Source: Prochlorococcus sp. AG-355-I20
Lineage (GTDB): Bacteria > Cyanobacteriota > Cyanobacteriia > PCC-6307 > Cyanobiaceae
Assembly: GCA_003280895.1 (NCBI GenBank)
Contig: QCDM01000005.1
Location: 1,296 to 65,295, forward strand
Reading direction: 5' to 3'
DNA length: 64,000 nucleotides
Made by a program: the position numbers and the translations under genes. This document shows, in pieces, positions 50,403 through 63,380 of this stretch (its first letter is position 1; each line of letters starts with the position of its first letter). The notes under the pieces are model-generated. The model had not been told where the DNA came from. It ran no database searches and saw nothing but the letters and a program-made list of their open reading frames with translations.

Positions 50403-50460
50403 ATCAATAATGCTCCAATTAATTAAATTTTTTACATAAAAATCAAAGGATACTAAAAAA

Positions 50461-50736
50461 ATGCCTGAAATTAATTTTCAATTAAACTTACCAGATGGTA
50501 AAAAAAAATCTCTGTATTCTCCCTCTACCGTAATTCTTGAATATTTAAAACCTGGAGATTCTTTAAAGATTTCAGATTTTAAGTCTCTTGCTATTCAAGC
50601 TTTGCATAGAGCTTCCGAAAAAGTAAGAGCAAAATATGGTTTTGCATGCACTAGAACTTTAGAAGAGGAAGAAAAAATACTAAGTTGGATTTCTAATTAT
50701 GATCCTGACCAACTTATTTCAATATCAAAGGAATAA
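50461..50736 (+). CDS. nitG: MSMEG_0570-family protein (NitG)
   Basis: 'MPE..F...PDG....YSPS...AS..V.AKYGFAC'. Confidence 0.9.
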   Translation: MPEINFQLNLPDGKKKSLYSPSTVILEYLKPGDSLKISDFKSLAIQALHRASEKVRAKYGFACTRTLEEEEKILSWISNYDPDQLISISKE

Positions 50737-51089
50737 GCTATTAAGAATTAACCCGACTTAAAAATAAAAGACTAAATGAGACATTTCTTACTTACTCCTA
50801 TATTTAAAGCTTTTAAAAGGAGAACTTTTTCTCATCTCTTGAACAGAATAATTGCCCAGTTTATGATGCTAAGGATATAAAAAAGTGAGAACAAAAAGAA
50901 GCTATTAAAAAGTTATATCCGTAAAATTTCAACAGATATTAAAGTCACATTTAACGATATAAAACATCATGTGGACCCCACATACCCACCAACACTTTTA
51001 TGAATGCGAACTTTCTTCGACTAATATTGTTCGATAAACTAAATAAAATGCTTTGAATTTGGCTGAATTACGAAAAAATTAACAAAATG

Positions 51090-51111
51090 CCATACCAGCA
51101 CCATACCAGCA
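51090..51111 (+). repeat. Tandem 11-bp repeat resembling a tyrosine-integrase arm site
   Basis: CCATACCAGCA x2, about 40 bp inside the right core repeat. Confidence 0.6.
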
Positions 51112-51137
51112 GCACTATTTCCCGCAAATCATAAACT

Positions 51138-51596
51138 ATGAGCGAACCTAACTACTGGCTAATGAAAAGTGAGCCAGATGCTTACAGCATAGATACTTTA
51201 AAAAATGACGGTGTAACTTTATGGGATGGGATAAGAAATTATCAGGCTCGAAATTTTATGAGAAAAATGAATAAAGGAGATAAAGTTTTTTTCTATCATT
51301 CCAACTGCAAACCCCCAGGCATTGTGGGACTTATGGAGGTAATAGATCTAAATATTGTTGATCCTACTCAATTTGATAAAGATTCAAAATATTTTGATCC
51401 AAAATCGAAACCTGATAATCCGAGATGGGATTGTGTAAAAGTAAAATATAAATCTAAGTCAGATAAAATTTTAAGTTTACTTGAGTTAAAGATTTTATTT
51501 AATGAAGATGAATTATTAGTAGTTAAAAAAGGAAATAGGTTATCCATATTACCTGTCAGAAATGACATTGCAAAAATACTACTACAAAAAATATAA
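51138..51596 (+). CDS. EVE domain protein
   Basis: YWLMKSEP, WDGIRNYQARNF, FYHSN, RLSI. Confidence 0.95.
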   Translation: MSEPNYWLMKSEPDAYSIDTLKNDGVTLWDGIRNYQARNFMRKMNKGDKVFFYHSNCKPPGIVGLMEVIDLNIVDPTQFDKDSKYFDPKSKPDNPRWDCVKVKYKSKSDKILSLLELKILFNEDELLVVKKGNRLSILPVRNDIAKILLQKI

Positions 51597-51603
51597 AGAA
51601 TTT

Positions 51604-51855
51604 TTAATCCTTAAAATTCATTGAAAACATATTGCCGATATAGAGTCTCGTTAAATCCCTATTTTGAAACCCTTTTTGCATCAAAAATCCTGCAATAGCT
51701 GCTTGTAGTATCCTGTATTGATCCCAGTTAGGATGCTCCTCAACGAATTCTTTCATAGCCTTTTGAAGAGTTTCTTGAAGTTCGCATTTGAAACTTATTA
51801 CTTCATCTTCATCATTTAATACTTTTGAATTTTCGTCGTAATTTAACTCTTGCAT
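51604..51855 (-). CDS. DUF2811 family protein
   Basis: 'F.E.HPNWDQYR..QAA.AGFL.Q.G'. Confidence 0.85.
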   Translation of the reverse strand: MQELNYDENSKVLNDEDEVISFKCELQETLQKAMKEFVEEHPNWDQYRILQAAIAGFLMQKGFQNRDLTRLYIGNMFSMNFKD

Positions 51856-52169
51856 ATTTAATAAATTTTATTTGAATTTAAATCTACAAGTTGTAGTTTT
51901 CTCCAAAATTGCTAAATCGTCAACAAGCATTATTAAGAGACAGTCTCAAGTTATAGAATAATGAGAATAGAGTCATAGAGAGGGTTGTAATGAAAATTAA
52001 TTTTGTAATATCAAATCTAACTTAAATATATAGATTTATATAAAATCAGAGTTTTTCCACATCCTTTAGATCATCAGATATTTTTTTAAAAAAATACTGT
52101 GGAAAAATTGTGAAAAAATTTTTTTTTGAAGGGGAAATATTTTCTAAAATTTCCAATTTTATTTATCTT

Positions 52170-52541
52170 TTAATCCATTGATTCCCACATGTTTTTTATT
52201 TCAAAAAATAACTTTTGTGCTATTGGTATCGGCCAATACATTTCGAAAGATCTGGTTTGATCTTGACTTTCAAAAACAAACCTTAGACTCCATTCATTCT
52301 TTTTTCCCTCTAACTGAATATACCAAGGAAGTTTTTCTAATTCTAAAGTAATAAATTCTTCATCCATTAGTTGATCCTTGATAACTAATAGTTGTTCATT
52401 AATATTTAATAGAAGAAGGTAAAGTGAATAGAATTCACTTTTTTGCAACTCGATTGACCAGTTGTCAACTCCAATCAAAAAGCAGAATTTGCCTTTTTTA
52501 AAATCTCTAATTAATCTCCATCCTTTTTGGTCTTTTACCAA
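52170..52541 (-). CDS. DUF1818 family protein
   Basis: 'GWRL..D...F..LIG..NWSIEL...QLMDEE...RSFE..WP'. Confidence 0.8.
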   Translation of the reverse strand: MVKDQKGWRLIRDFKKGKFCFLIGVDNWSIELQKSEFYSLYLLLLNINEQLLVIKDQLMDEEFITLELEKLPWYIQLEGKKNEWSLRFVFESQDQTRSFEMYWPIPIAQKLFFEIKNMWESMD

Positions 52542-52543
52542 AA

Positions 52544-52780
52544 TTAGCCTGGAAGTAAATCTGGTTGATCTTGTTCATCGCTTAGTTCGATAATTGACCT
52601 TTGAACGGGTTTAATAGTTGACTCCTCTAATAAACCATCAAAATCATCGAAACGTCTTTGTTTGGCTCTGAAAGCAATTTTAACTGTAGTTAAATATCTA
52701 TTAGTTGATTTTCTTATCAAGCTCTCACCTCTCTTTGCAAGATCATTAGAATCAATTCCTGCTTTATTAGATATGTTCAT
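52544..52780 (-). CDS. rpoZ: RNA polymerase omega subunit
   Basis: '[17 protein letters not shown]...[10 protein letters not shown]'. Confidence 0.92.
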   Translation of the reverse strand: MNISNKAGIDSNDLAKRGESLIRKSTNRYLTTVKIAFRAKQRRFDDFDGLLEESTIKPVQRSIIELSDEQDQPDLLPG

Positions 52781-52877
52781 TAAAAAAATTTTTTACTATA
52801 GAATGTATTTTACAGTTTATTTGACCGTTTCAAAACATAAATTACAAAAAGAACTTAATTGAATTTAATAATTTCAT

Positions 52878-54446
52878 ATGGAAGAAAATTTATCTGGAAC
52901 TCTTGCTATTGATTTAGGGAACACTAATACTGTTGTAGCGTTTCAAGATCAAAAAGATATAAATTCTGTTTTAGTTGAAATACCGAATATTACTTCATCT
53001 CCAGGAGTTATTCCTTCAATAGTTTGGTTCGAGGAACCTTCAAAGATTACTAAGATTGGTATTAGTGCTCTAAAGATGAGGGATAACTCAAATTCTGATT
53101 TATTTTTTCATTCGAACTTTAAAAGATTAATTGGAAATTCTACTGAGAAAATTAACCAAAAAAATATCTTAAAACCTAATGAATGTGGCGAAAAATTTTT
53201 TCAAATTTTGTGGGCAAACATTCCGCAAAAATATGAGATCAAAAGACTTGTATTAACTGCTCCTATAGATACATATAAGGGGTACAGAAAATGGTTAGTT
53301 AACCTTTGCGAGGAAATATCTGTAGATGAAATAGCCCTTGTTGATGAACCTACTGCAGCAAGTTTAGGAATAAATGTACCTTTTGGCTCAAAAATTATGA
53401 CATTGGATATTGGAGGAAGTACTATCGATATGAATATAGTCAAAATAGAAGGAGGAGAGGGAAAATCTGGTCCAATAGCTGAACTATTAAAATTTAAGGG
53501 TAAGGATGTAAGCTCAATTTCAAAACAAAAAATTAGGTGTGCTGAAATAATTGGGAAAACAGGATCAAAAATTGGTGGAAAAGATATTGATCAATGGATA
53601 GTTGATTATTTTATTCCAGATAATAATTATATTAATAATCTTTCAAAGGCAGAAAAAATAAAATGCAAACTCAGCTCATCTTCAATCAAATATACAAATA
53701 AATATCCAATAAAATTATTTACTGAACAAAATCAAGAAAAAGAATTTTACCTAAGTAAAGAAATATTTGAAAAAATACTCATTGACAATAATCTTCTTAA
53801 TCACCTTAACTCTTTATTAAAAGACTTATTAAATCAATCAAGAGGTAAATTCTGCACAGTCGACGACTTAAATACAATTGTTTTGGTTGGTGGAGGTACT
53901 CAAATACCATTGATTAAAGAATGGATAACAAAAAAAATTCCAAAAATTCAAATAAAGTCACCATCCCCTATTGAATCAATAGCTTTGGGAGCTTTGGCAA
54001 TGACCCCGGGGGTAAAAATTAAAGACATATTAAACAAAGGGTTATCAATAAGATTATTTAATAAAAGAGAGCAAAAACACTTTTGGCATCCTATTTTTTG
54101 CAAAGGTCAAACATGGCCAACAGAAACACCTTTTCAACTGATCCTTCAAGCCAGTAAAAAGAATCAGAAAATATTCGAAATAATAATTGGAGAAACACAA
54201 AAAGAGAGAGCATATGATGTTATTTTTGAAAATGGATTACCAAAGTTATCAGAGATTCAAAATGAAGAAGAAATTATAAAATGGGACAAAAACACACTTA
54301 AAATAGTATTAAAAAATAAATCTAATATTGGAGAAGACACCTTAAAACTTTTTTTTAAAATTACGAAAAATGCTGATTTATTAGTTAAATGTTTTGATGT
54401 TAAAGATGAATTTTTTGGAGAATATAATTTAGGAAATATCTTCTGA
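52878..54446 (+). CDS. Hsp70/DnaK-like ATPase
   Basis: AIDLGNTNT, DEPTAA, DIGGSTID, LVGGGT; lacks a canonical DnaK substrate domain. Confidence 0.85.
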   Translation: MEENLSGTLAIDLGNTNTVVAFQDQKDINSVLVEIPNITSSPGVIPSIVWFEEPSKITKIGISALKMRDNSNSDLFFHSNFKRLIGNSTEKINQKNILKPNECGEKFFQILWANIPQKYEIKRLVLTAPIDTYKGYRKWLVNLCEEISVDEIALVDEPTAASLGINVPFGSKIMTLDIGGSTIDMNIVKIEGGEGKSGPIAELLKFKGKDVSSISKQKIRCAEIIGKTGSKIGGKDIDQWIVDYFIPDNNYINNLSKAEKIKCKLSSSSIKYTNKYPIKLFTEQNQEKEFYLSKEIFEKILIDNNLLNHLNSLLKDLLNQSRGKFCTVDDLNTIVLVGGGTQIPLIKEWITKKIPKIQIKSPSPIESIALGALAMTPGVKIKDILNKGLSIRLFNKREQKHFWHPIFCKGQTWPTETPFQLILQASKKNQKIFEIIIGETQKERAYDVIFENGLPKLSEIQNEEEIIKWDKNTLKIVLKNKSNIGEDTLKLFFKITKNADLLVKCFDVKDEFFGEYNLGNIF

Positions 54447-54449
54447 AAG

Positions 54450-54978
54450 ATAGATATTCAAGAAAACCTCCTTCTTCTTTATCAACATTATTCAAGCGTA
54501 AGCTAATACTTTCAATTTTACTAGTTGGAACTTTTTTACCAAAAAAAATCTGGTTGAATAGGTAATTCTCTATGACCTCTATCTACCATTACTAGTAACA
54601 TCGCTACCCCATGAATATAAAGCATTCATTGCAGCTCTAGTTGAACTACCTTTATAAATTACATCATCTATTAAAAGAATTTTTTTTCTCAATACGAGTT
54701 GAAATATCTGCAGCTTGTATTAGGCGAGTTACAACTCTATTTTGGTCATCTCTATAAAAAATTGGATCAATTATTTCTTTTCTAATTCTTAAAACTGTTC
54801 TAGAAAATAATTCCTTTTCTAACACTTTGGTCAGCTCAATTCCTCTCGTAGGGATGCCCACCAACATAAGGTTATCCAGTTTTTTTACTTTTTAAATAAT
54901 TTCGCAAGTTAAACGCGAAATAGTTTTTTTAAGTTCAACTTCATTTAGTATTACGATTTTTTTTGTTTTCTTAGTCAT
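54450..54978 (-). pseudogene. pyrR: pyrR pseudogene (pyrimidine regulator/UPRTase)
   Basis: 'ISRLTCEII*', 'VGIPTRG', 'FYRDD', then 'DDVI' and 'DRGHRELPIQPD' in different frames. Confidence 0.85.
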
Positions 54979-55116
54979 GATTTATCAAGAAATAAAAATT
55001 AATCTAATATTTTCATAAATTAGCAAAAGCTAACTATGTTAAATATTAATTGTTAAAGAGTAAAGTTTGAAGCTAAATTTAAGGTTGGGTCAGTTAACAA
55101 TGAATTTGATCTAAAT

Positions 55117-56739
55117 ATGTCAAAGATTAGCAGCAAAAATATAAAAAGATTAAGTGTTCCTCAGAGCCCTGTAGTTCTTGCAATACTAGATGGATGGGGA
55201 TATCGAAAAGAAAAGTCAGATAATGCTATAAAAAGTGCCAGTACACCAATTATGGACTCCTTGTGGCACGCTTATCCCCACACCCTTATAAGTGCTAGTG
55301 GATCTGAGGTAGGCCTACCAGATGGTCAAATGGGTAATTCAGAGGTAGGGCACCTTACTATTGGTTCGGGAAGAATAATACAACAAGAACTTGTAAGGAT
55401 TTCAAATATTATAAAAAAGAATCAATTAGGCTTGGTAAATGAGTTAAAAGAGATGGCTGCTTCATTAAAGAAAAATAATTCTACTTTGCATATCACAGGA
55501 TTATGTTCCGATGGAGGAGTTCATAGTCATATCGATCATTTATTAGGTTTAATAAAATGGGCATCTGATAATAAAATTAAAAAAGTTGCAATCCATATTA
55601 TTACTGATGGAAGAGACACTCCTGCAAAAAGTGCTTCGAAATATCTAAATCAAATAGAGTCATGTATAAATAAATTTAACGTAGGTGAAATAGCTTCAAT
55701 ATGCGGAAGATATTGGATGATGGATAGAAATCTTTTATGGGATAGAACAGAAAAAGCATACTCTAATTTAACTGATCCAGATATTCAAATAAAAAATATT
55801 TCTCCCAAGGATTACATAGAAAAAAGTTATGCCAAAAACATAACCGATGAATTTATAGAGCCTATACGATTGTCTGAAAACTATCTTAAAGATGGGGATA
55901 GTTTGATTTGCTTTAACTTTCGTCCAGACAGAGCTAGACAAATAGTCAAATCCCTTTCTATAAGTGAATTCTCAGACTTTGAAAGAAAAAATTATCCAAA
56001 TCTAGATTTTGTTACTTTTACTCAATATGATCCTAACTTTCCCGTTAAAGTTGCATTTCCTCCTGAATCACTCAATAATTTCATAGGCCAAATAGTGTCA
56101 GAAAACGGACTTAAACAATACAGAACCGCGGAAACAGAAAAATATCCTCACGTTACATACTTTTTCAATGGAGGAGTTGAAATACCTTTACCTGGAGAAG
56201 AGAGACATTTGATTCCATCTCCAAGAGTCGCAACTTATGATATGGAACCCGAAATGTCTGCGGAGGAATTAACTATTAGTTGCTCTAAAGCAATTAAAAG
56301 CGGGAATTATGCTTTTGTAGTAATCAATTTTGCTAATCCTGATATGGTTGGTCACACAGGCAACATGGATGCAACAATTAAAGCTATAGAAAAAGTAGAT
56401 AAATGTGTAGGTCAAATAGTTAATGCTACTGGAGAAATGGGCGGAAGCATTGTTATTACAGCCGATCATGGTAATGCAGAGTTAATGAAAGGATCTGAAG
56501 GAGAACCCTGGACAGCACACACTATAAATAAAGTTCCATTAATTTTGATTGAAGGTGAAAAAAGAAAAATACCAAATATGGGAAATGAAATTAATTTAAG
56601 AGAAAACGCGGGCTTAGCAGATATCGCTCCCACTTTATTGCAATTATTAAATCTCCCAGTACCAAGAGAAATGACAGGCAAATCGCTTATTCAAGAAATT
56701 GAATTAAAGGGTTATAATAAAGTCGTTCAACACGTTTAA
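55117..56739 (+). CDS. gpmI: 2,3-BPG-independent phosphoglycerate mutase
   Basis: [36 protein letters not shown]. Confidence 0.97.
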   Translation: MSKISSKNIKRLSVPQSPVVLAILDGWGYRKEKSDNAIKSASTPIMDSLWHAYPHTLISASGSEVGLPDGQMGNSEVGHLTIGSGRIIQQELVRISNIIKKNQLGLVNELKEMAASLKKNNSTLHITGLCSDGGVHSHIDHLLGLIKWASDNKIKKVAIHIITDGRDTPAKSASKYLNQIESCINKFNVGEIASICGRYWMMDRNLLWDRTEKAYSNLTDPDIQIKNISPKDYIEKSYAKNITDEFIEPIRLSENYLKDGDSLICFNFRPDRARQIVKSLSISEFSDFERKNYPNLDFVTFTQYDPNFPVKVAFPPESLNNFIGQIVSENGLKQYRTAETEKYPHVTYFFNGGVEIPLPGEERHLIPSPRVATYDMEPEMSAEELTISCSKAIKSGNYAFVVINFANPDMVGHTGNMDATIKAIEKVDKCVGQIVNATGEMGGSIVITADHGNAELMKGSEGEPWTAHTINKVPLILIEGEKRKIPNMGNEINLRENAGLADIAPTLLQLLNLPVPREMTGKSLIQEIELKGYNKVVQHV

Positions 56740-56761
56740 AGTTAATAAAAGTTTTTAAGCA

Positions 56762-56989
56762 ATGATTCAAATTATTAGTTGGATATGGGTATTTTCTGGA
56801 GTTCTTCTCATTCTCTTAGTTTTACTTCATAGTCCCAAAGGCGATGGGATGGGAGGAATAGCCGCCAGTGGAAGTTCTATGTTCAACAGCGCCAGTAGTG
56901 CAGAAGCCTCTCTAAACAAAATAACTTGGACTTTTTTAGTGATATTTTTGTCTCTCGCGATTATTCTTAGCGCTGGTTGGATTTCATAA
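56762..56989 (+). CDS. secG: Preprotein translocase SecG
   Basis: LHSPKGDGMGG; two TM helices. Confidence 0.95.
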   Translation: MIQIISWIWVFSGVLLILLVLLHSPKGDGMGGIAASGSSMFNSASSAEASLNKITWTFLVIFLSLAIILSAGWIS

Positions 56990-57000
56990 AAGTTGAATAA

Positions 57001-57030
57001 AAAAAAGGGACCATTTTAATGATCCCTTTT
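57001..57030. terminator. Bidirectional terminator between secG and groEL
   Basis: AAAAGGGAC...ATCCCTTTT stem with A/T flanks. Confidence 0.65.
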
Positions 57031-57057
57031 GAAATTTTATTAAAAACTATTGTTTAG

Positions 57058-58722
<1,665 letters not shown>

Positions 58723-58746
58723 TTAATAATTTTTGAAACAAATGTT

Positions 58747-59058
58747 TTAGCCTACTACAGCTAAAATATCCTTTTCTGAGAGCAAGACATATTCATCTCC
58801 TCCCAATTTAATGTCTGTACCAGCATATTTGCTGTACAAAACTTTATCGCCAATACTCACTTCCGGAGTTTGTCGAGAACCATCGTCATTGAGTTTGCCA
58901 GGGCCCACCTGAGCAACTTCTCCAACCTGTGGTTTTTCTTTAGCTGAATCAGGCAAAAGGATGCCCCCAGCAGTTTTTTCCTCAGATGCGGAAACTTTAA
59001 TAAATATTCTATCTCCCAGTGGTTTTACTGTAGAGACTGTAAGTGAAACAGCTGCCAT
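58747..59058 (-). CDS. groES: Co-chaperonin GroES
   Basis: PLGDR, TAGGI.LP, KYAGT. Confidence 0.99.
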
Positions 59059-59175
59059 AGATTAATGGAGGATCATGATTGAGACGCTTTGCGTCATAAA
59101 AATGGAAAGAGAAGTTCTCCCTCCTTATCATCAACAACATAATCTGCAAAGCAGCAATTAAACCATACTTAAACT

Positions 59176-59191
59176 GTGCGGGTGGCCGAAC
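59176..59191 (-). promoter_or_regulatory. K-box upstream of groESL
   Basis: Minus strand GTTCGG-CCAC-CCGCAC fits the cyanobacterial K-box consensus GTTCGG-NNAN-CCNNAC. Confidence 0.7.
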
Positions 59192-59273
59192 CCATTTAAC
59201 GAATCTACCCATGAGGTGGTAGTATTTTCGGATTATGAGCTGTTTAAATCAGCTATTCATCACCAATCAATAA

Positions 59274-60737
<1,464 letters not shown>

Positions 60738-60777
60738 ATACTTAAATATAAATTTAACCTTCAATTATCTTAAATTA

Positions 60778-61182
60778 ATGGCAATTTCTCTAAAAGTTTT
60801 AGCTCCTAATAAAAATGTTTATCAAGGCGAAGCTGAAGAAGTAATTCTTCCAAGTACTACTGGTCAACTTGGTATACTACCAGGACACATTTCTTTAGTG
60901 ACTGCCATAGATATTGGCGTTTTAAGGCTAAGAATGAATTCCCAGTGGAAATCAATCGCTCTTATGGGAGGTTTCGCTGAAATTGAATCAGATGAGGTTA
61001 TAGTTCTAGTTAATAATGCTGAAATTGGTTCTGAGATTAATGTTCAAAATGCTGAACAAGATCTTAAAGAAGCAAAATTAGCAATAAGCAAATTTTCTGA
61101 AAATGAAAAAAATCCAGAAAAAATCAAAGCTTTGAAAGAGATTTCAAAGGCTGAGGCTAAGATCCAAGCTGCAAAGAACTAA
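60778..61182 (+). CDS. atpC: ATP synthase F1 epsilon subunit
   Basis: 'GQLGILPGH', 'MGGFAE'; follows the beta subunit. Confidence 0.97.
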   Translation: MAISLKVLAPNKNVYQGEAEEVILPSTTGQLGILPGHISLVTAIDIGVLRLRMNSQWKSIALMGGFAEIESDEVIVLVNNAEIGSEINVQNAEQDLKEAKLAISKFSENEKNPEKIKALKEISKAEAKIQAAKN

Positions 61183-61185
61183 TAT

Positions 61186-61680
61186 TTAAGCGGTTCCACA
61201 AAAAGTTACTTCGGGAAACTTTAATTTGGCTTCTTCTAATTTTTTTGTTTTACCTTCTTCTTGCCAATAATTTATCACTTCAGTAGCCTTATTTAATATC
61301 TCTACTCTCTCGTTATCTGTAATCCAAACTTTGTTCTCAAGTTCAATTTTTAATTTTTCCCAAGCATCATCTCTTGGCCAAAAATAATAAGCAGTAAGAG
61401 GGCTTGGACCTCCACCTACTATTTGATCTACTGCTAATGCAACATTATCAGGTAACCATAATACTTTAATTATGAACCTTCCTTCATCAGGTTTAGGGGT
61501 ATAACCAGTAGGTACACCATCTTCATCAATTGTGGCAGCTGCCAATACAGCCGTGGCACCCATCATTCCTGAATTAAGAGAAGAATTTTTAGAGTTTGGG
61601 GGATCAACGTTTTTTTCCTTTTTTTCTTTTGAATTTTGATTTAACTTATCTGATGAGGTCATTAAATTATTTATATTCAA
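61186..61680 (-). CDS. ycf65: 30S ribosomal protein PSRP-3 (Ycf65)
   Basis: 'LWL...VALAVDQ...[22 protein letters not shown]'. Confidence 0.9.
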   Translation of the reverse strand: MNINNLMTSSDKLNQNSKEKKEKNVDPPNSKNSSLNSGMMGATAVLAAATIDEDGVPTGYTPKPDEGRFIIKVLWLPDNVALAVDQIVGGGPSPLTAYYFWPRDDAWEKLKIELENKVWITDNERVEILNKATEVINYWQEEGKTKKLEEAKLKFPEVTFCGTA

Positions 61681-61767
61681 TAAATAATTTATCAGTTTAT
61701 GGACACATTTTGATTGATTTATTCAAAATTTCTTGATTTTAGTTATTGATAACTTCTAAAAAGGGTT

Positions 61768-61926
61768 TTATCTATCAAGAGGTACTTCATAAAAATCATA
61801 AATAGTGGCTTCCAATGAATCCCAAAGATCTCTGGGGATATCGTTTTCTTCTGCGAACATGCCAAGCTGACTAGCTAAGCCTCTTGCTTGAGAAAGTTTC
61901 GAATCGTATGAATCGGACTTATTCAT
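61768..61926 (-). CDS. 52-aa acidic microprotein (not in ORF track)
   Basis: MNKSDSYDSKLSQARGLASQLGMFAEENDIPRDLWDSLEATIYDFYEVPLDR. Confidence 0.55.
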   Translation of the reverse strand: MNKSDSYDSKLSQARGLASQLGMFAEENDIPRDLWDSLEATIYDFYEVPLDR

Positions 61927-61980
61927 TTTTGAGCTTTAAACTTAATAAAAAATAAATCTATTAACTTGATAAGTCAAATT

Positions 61981-63306
61981 TCAAAATTCTAAATCAGAAA
62001 TTTCTTTTAATGCAGCAATACTTAAAACCTCTGGGTTTGTATCTGTTACCAAGACATCGTCTTCTATTCTTATCCCTATGCCTTTCCATTTCTCATCTAT
62101 AGAGGGTTGTCCCTCAGGAACTGGGATCCTATCACTTATGTAGATACCAGGTTCTACGGTAAGAATCATTCCATTCTGTAATGGCACTTCATAATCCCCC
62201 ATTCTGTATGCTCCAACATCATGAACATCTAAGCCAAGCCAATGTCCGGTTCTATGCATGTAAAGATGTTTATAAGATTGATTTTCAATTATCTTCTCAG
62301 TACTTCCCGACAATAAACCAATTTCTTTTAGTCCTTCTATGAGAATTGTTAAGGCAACATTATGAATAGCGCTAGAATTCGATCCCTTTACAGCACTTTT
62401 AATTGCATTTTTCTGCGCACTCAATACAATTTCATAAATAACTTTTTGCTCATTAGAAAATTTACCACCTATTGGAATAGTTCTTGTTATGTCTCCATTG
62501 TAATAATCACTTAGTGAGCAGCCAGCATCCACTAACAATAAATCTTCCTTATTCAAGGGTGAATTATTTGAAGTGTAATGCAAAATACAGGCATTATCCC
62601 CTGATGCAACAATTGAATTATAAGCAGGCCCTCTGGCTCCTTTTTCTAAAAAAAATCCCTCTAGAAGACCCTGAATTTGTCTTTCATTTTTCTTTGATGA
62701 GATAGATTCTCTAACTAATTCATGAGCTTCGGCTGAGATTTGTATAGCCTCTCTCATTCTCTTAATTTCAAATTCACTTTTAATTAATCTCATTTCATTT
62801 AAATAAATTTCTGGAGATTTTATAGAATTTCCACCAATGCCTAATCTTGAACGATTTTCAAGTTGTTGTGAAAAAATTTCCAGTATTATTTTCTCAACTG
62901 ATGGATGCTTACCAATAGAAAAAACAAGTTCATCAGAACCATTTATATAGGCTGGGAGTAAATCTCTTAATTCGTTTATCGAGTGAGCCTTATCAGCATT
63001 AAACTCTTTTTCAGCACCCTCTAAACCCCATCTAAAGCCATGCCAAACTTCGCTGATGACATCTTTGGGAGCTACAAACATAATAAATCTCTCCCCCTTT
63101 GGCTTATGCGATAAGAAAAGAGCGATTGCATCTGGCTCATCGAAACCGGTTAAATACCAAAAATTACTATCTTGTCTAAAAGGATATTCACAATCAGCAT
63201 GATGCTTTACGAGATTAGCACCTGGGATGATAGCAGCTTTTCCATTTAATTTATTGAGGAAGATTTCTCTTCTTTCTTCAAAAACTTTATTTTCAGGCTT
63301 AAACAT
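61981..63306 (-). CDS. pepP: Xaa-Pro aminopeptidase
   Basis: FRQDSNFWYLTG, DAGC...DITRT, HWLGLDVHD, TVEPG, GIRIEDD. Confidence 0.95.
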   Translation of the reverse strand: MFKPENKVFEERREIFLNKLNGKAAIIPGANLVKHHADCEYPFRQDSNFWYLTGFDEPDAIALFLSHKPKGERFIMFVAPKDVISEVWHGFRWGLEGAEKEFNADKAHSINELRDLLPAYINGSDELVFSIGKHPSVEKIILEIFSQQLENRSRLGIGGNSIKSPEIYLNEMRLIKSEFEIKRMREAIQISAEAHELVRESISSKKNERQIQGLLEGFFLEKGARGPAYNSIVASGDNACILHYTSNNSPLNKEDLLLVDAGCSLSDYYNGDITRTIPIGGKFSNEQKVIYEIVLSAQKNAIKSAVKGSNSSAIHNVALTILIEGLKEIGLLSGSTEKIIENQSYKHLYMHRTGHWLGLDVHDVGAYRMGDYEVPLQNGMILTVEPGIYISDRIPVPEGQPSIDEKWKGIGIRIEDDVLVTDTNPEVLSIAALKEISDLEF

Positions 63307-63380
63307 AAATTGTGTATTGGCGTGTTTAAAAAAAAAATGGAAGAATGAATTAATACAGATTTAACACCTAATTTATTTTA

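Larger units (their letters stand above)
44635..51173. mobile_element. About 6.5-kb integrated cassette carrying Nit1C, bounded by 21-bp direct repeats within the EVE gene; no integrase inside
   Basis: TACTGGCTAATGAAAAGTGAG at 44635-44655 and 51153-51173; tandem CCATACCAGCA x2 at 51090-51111. Confidence 0.8.
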
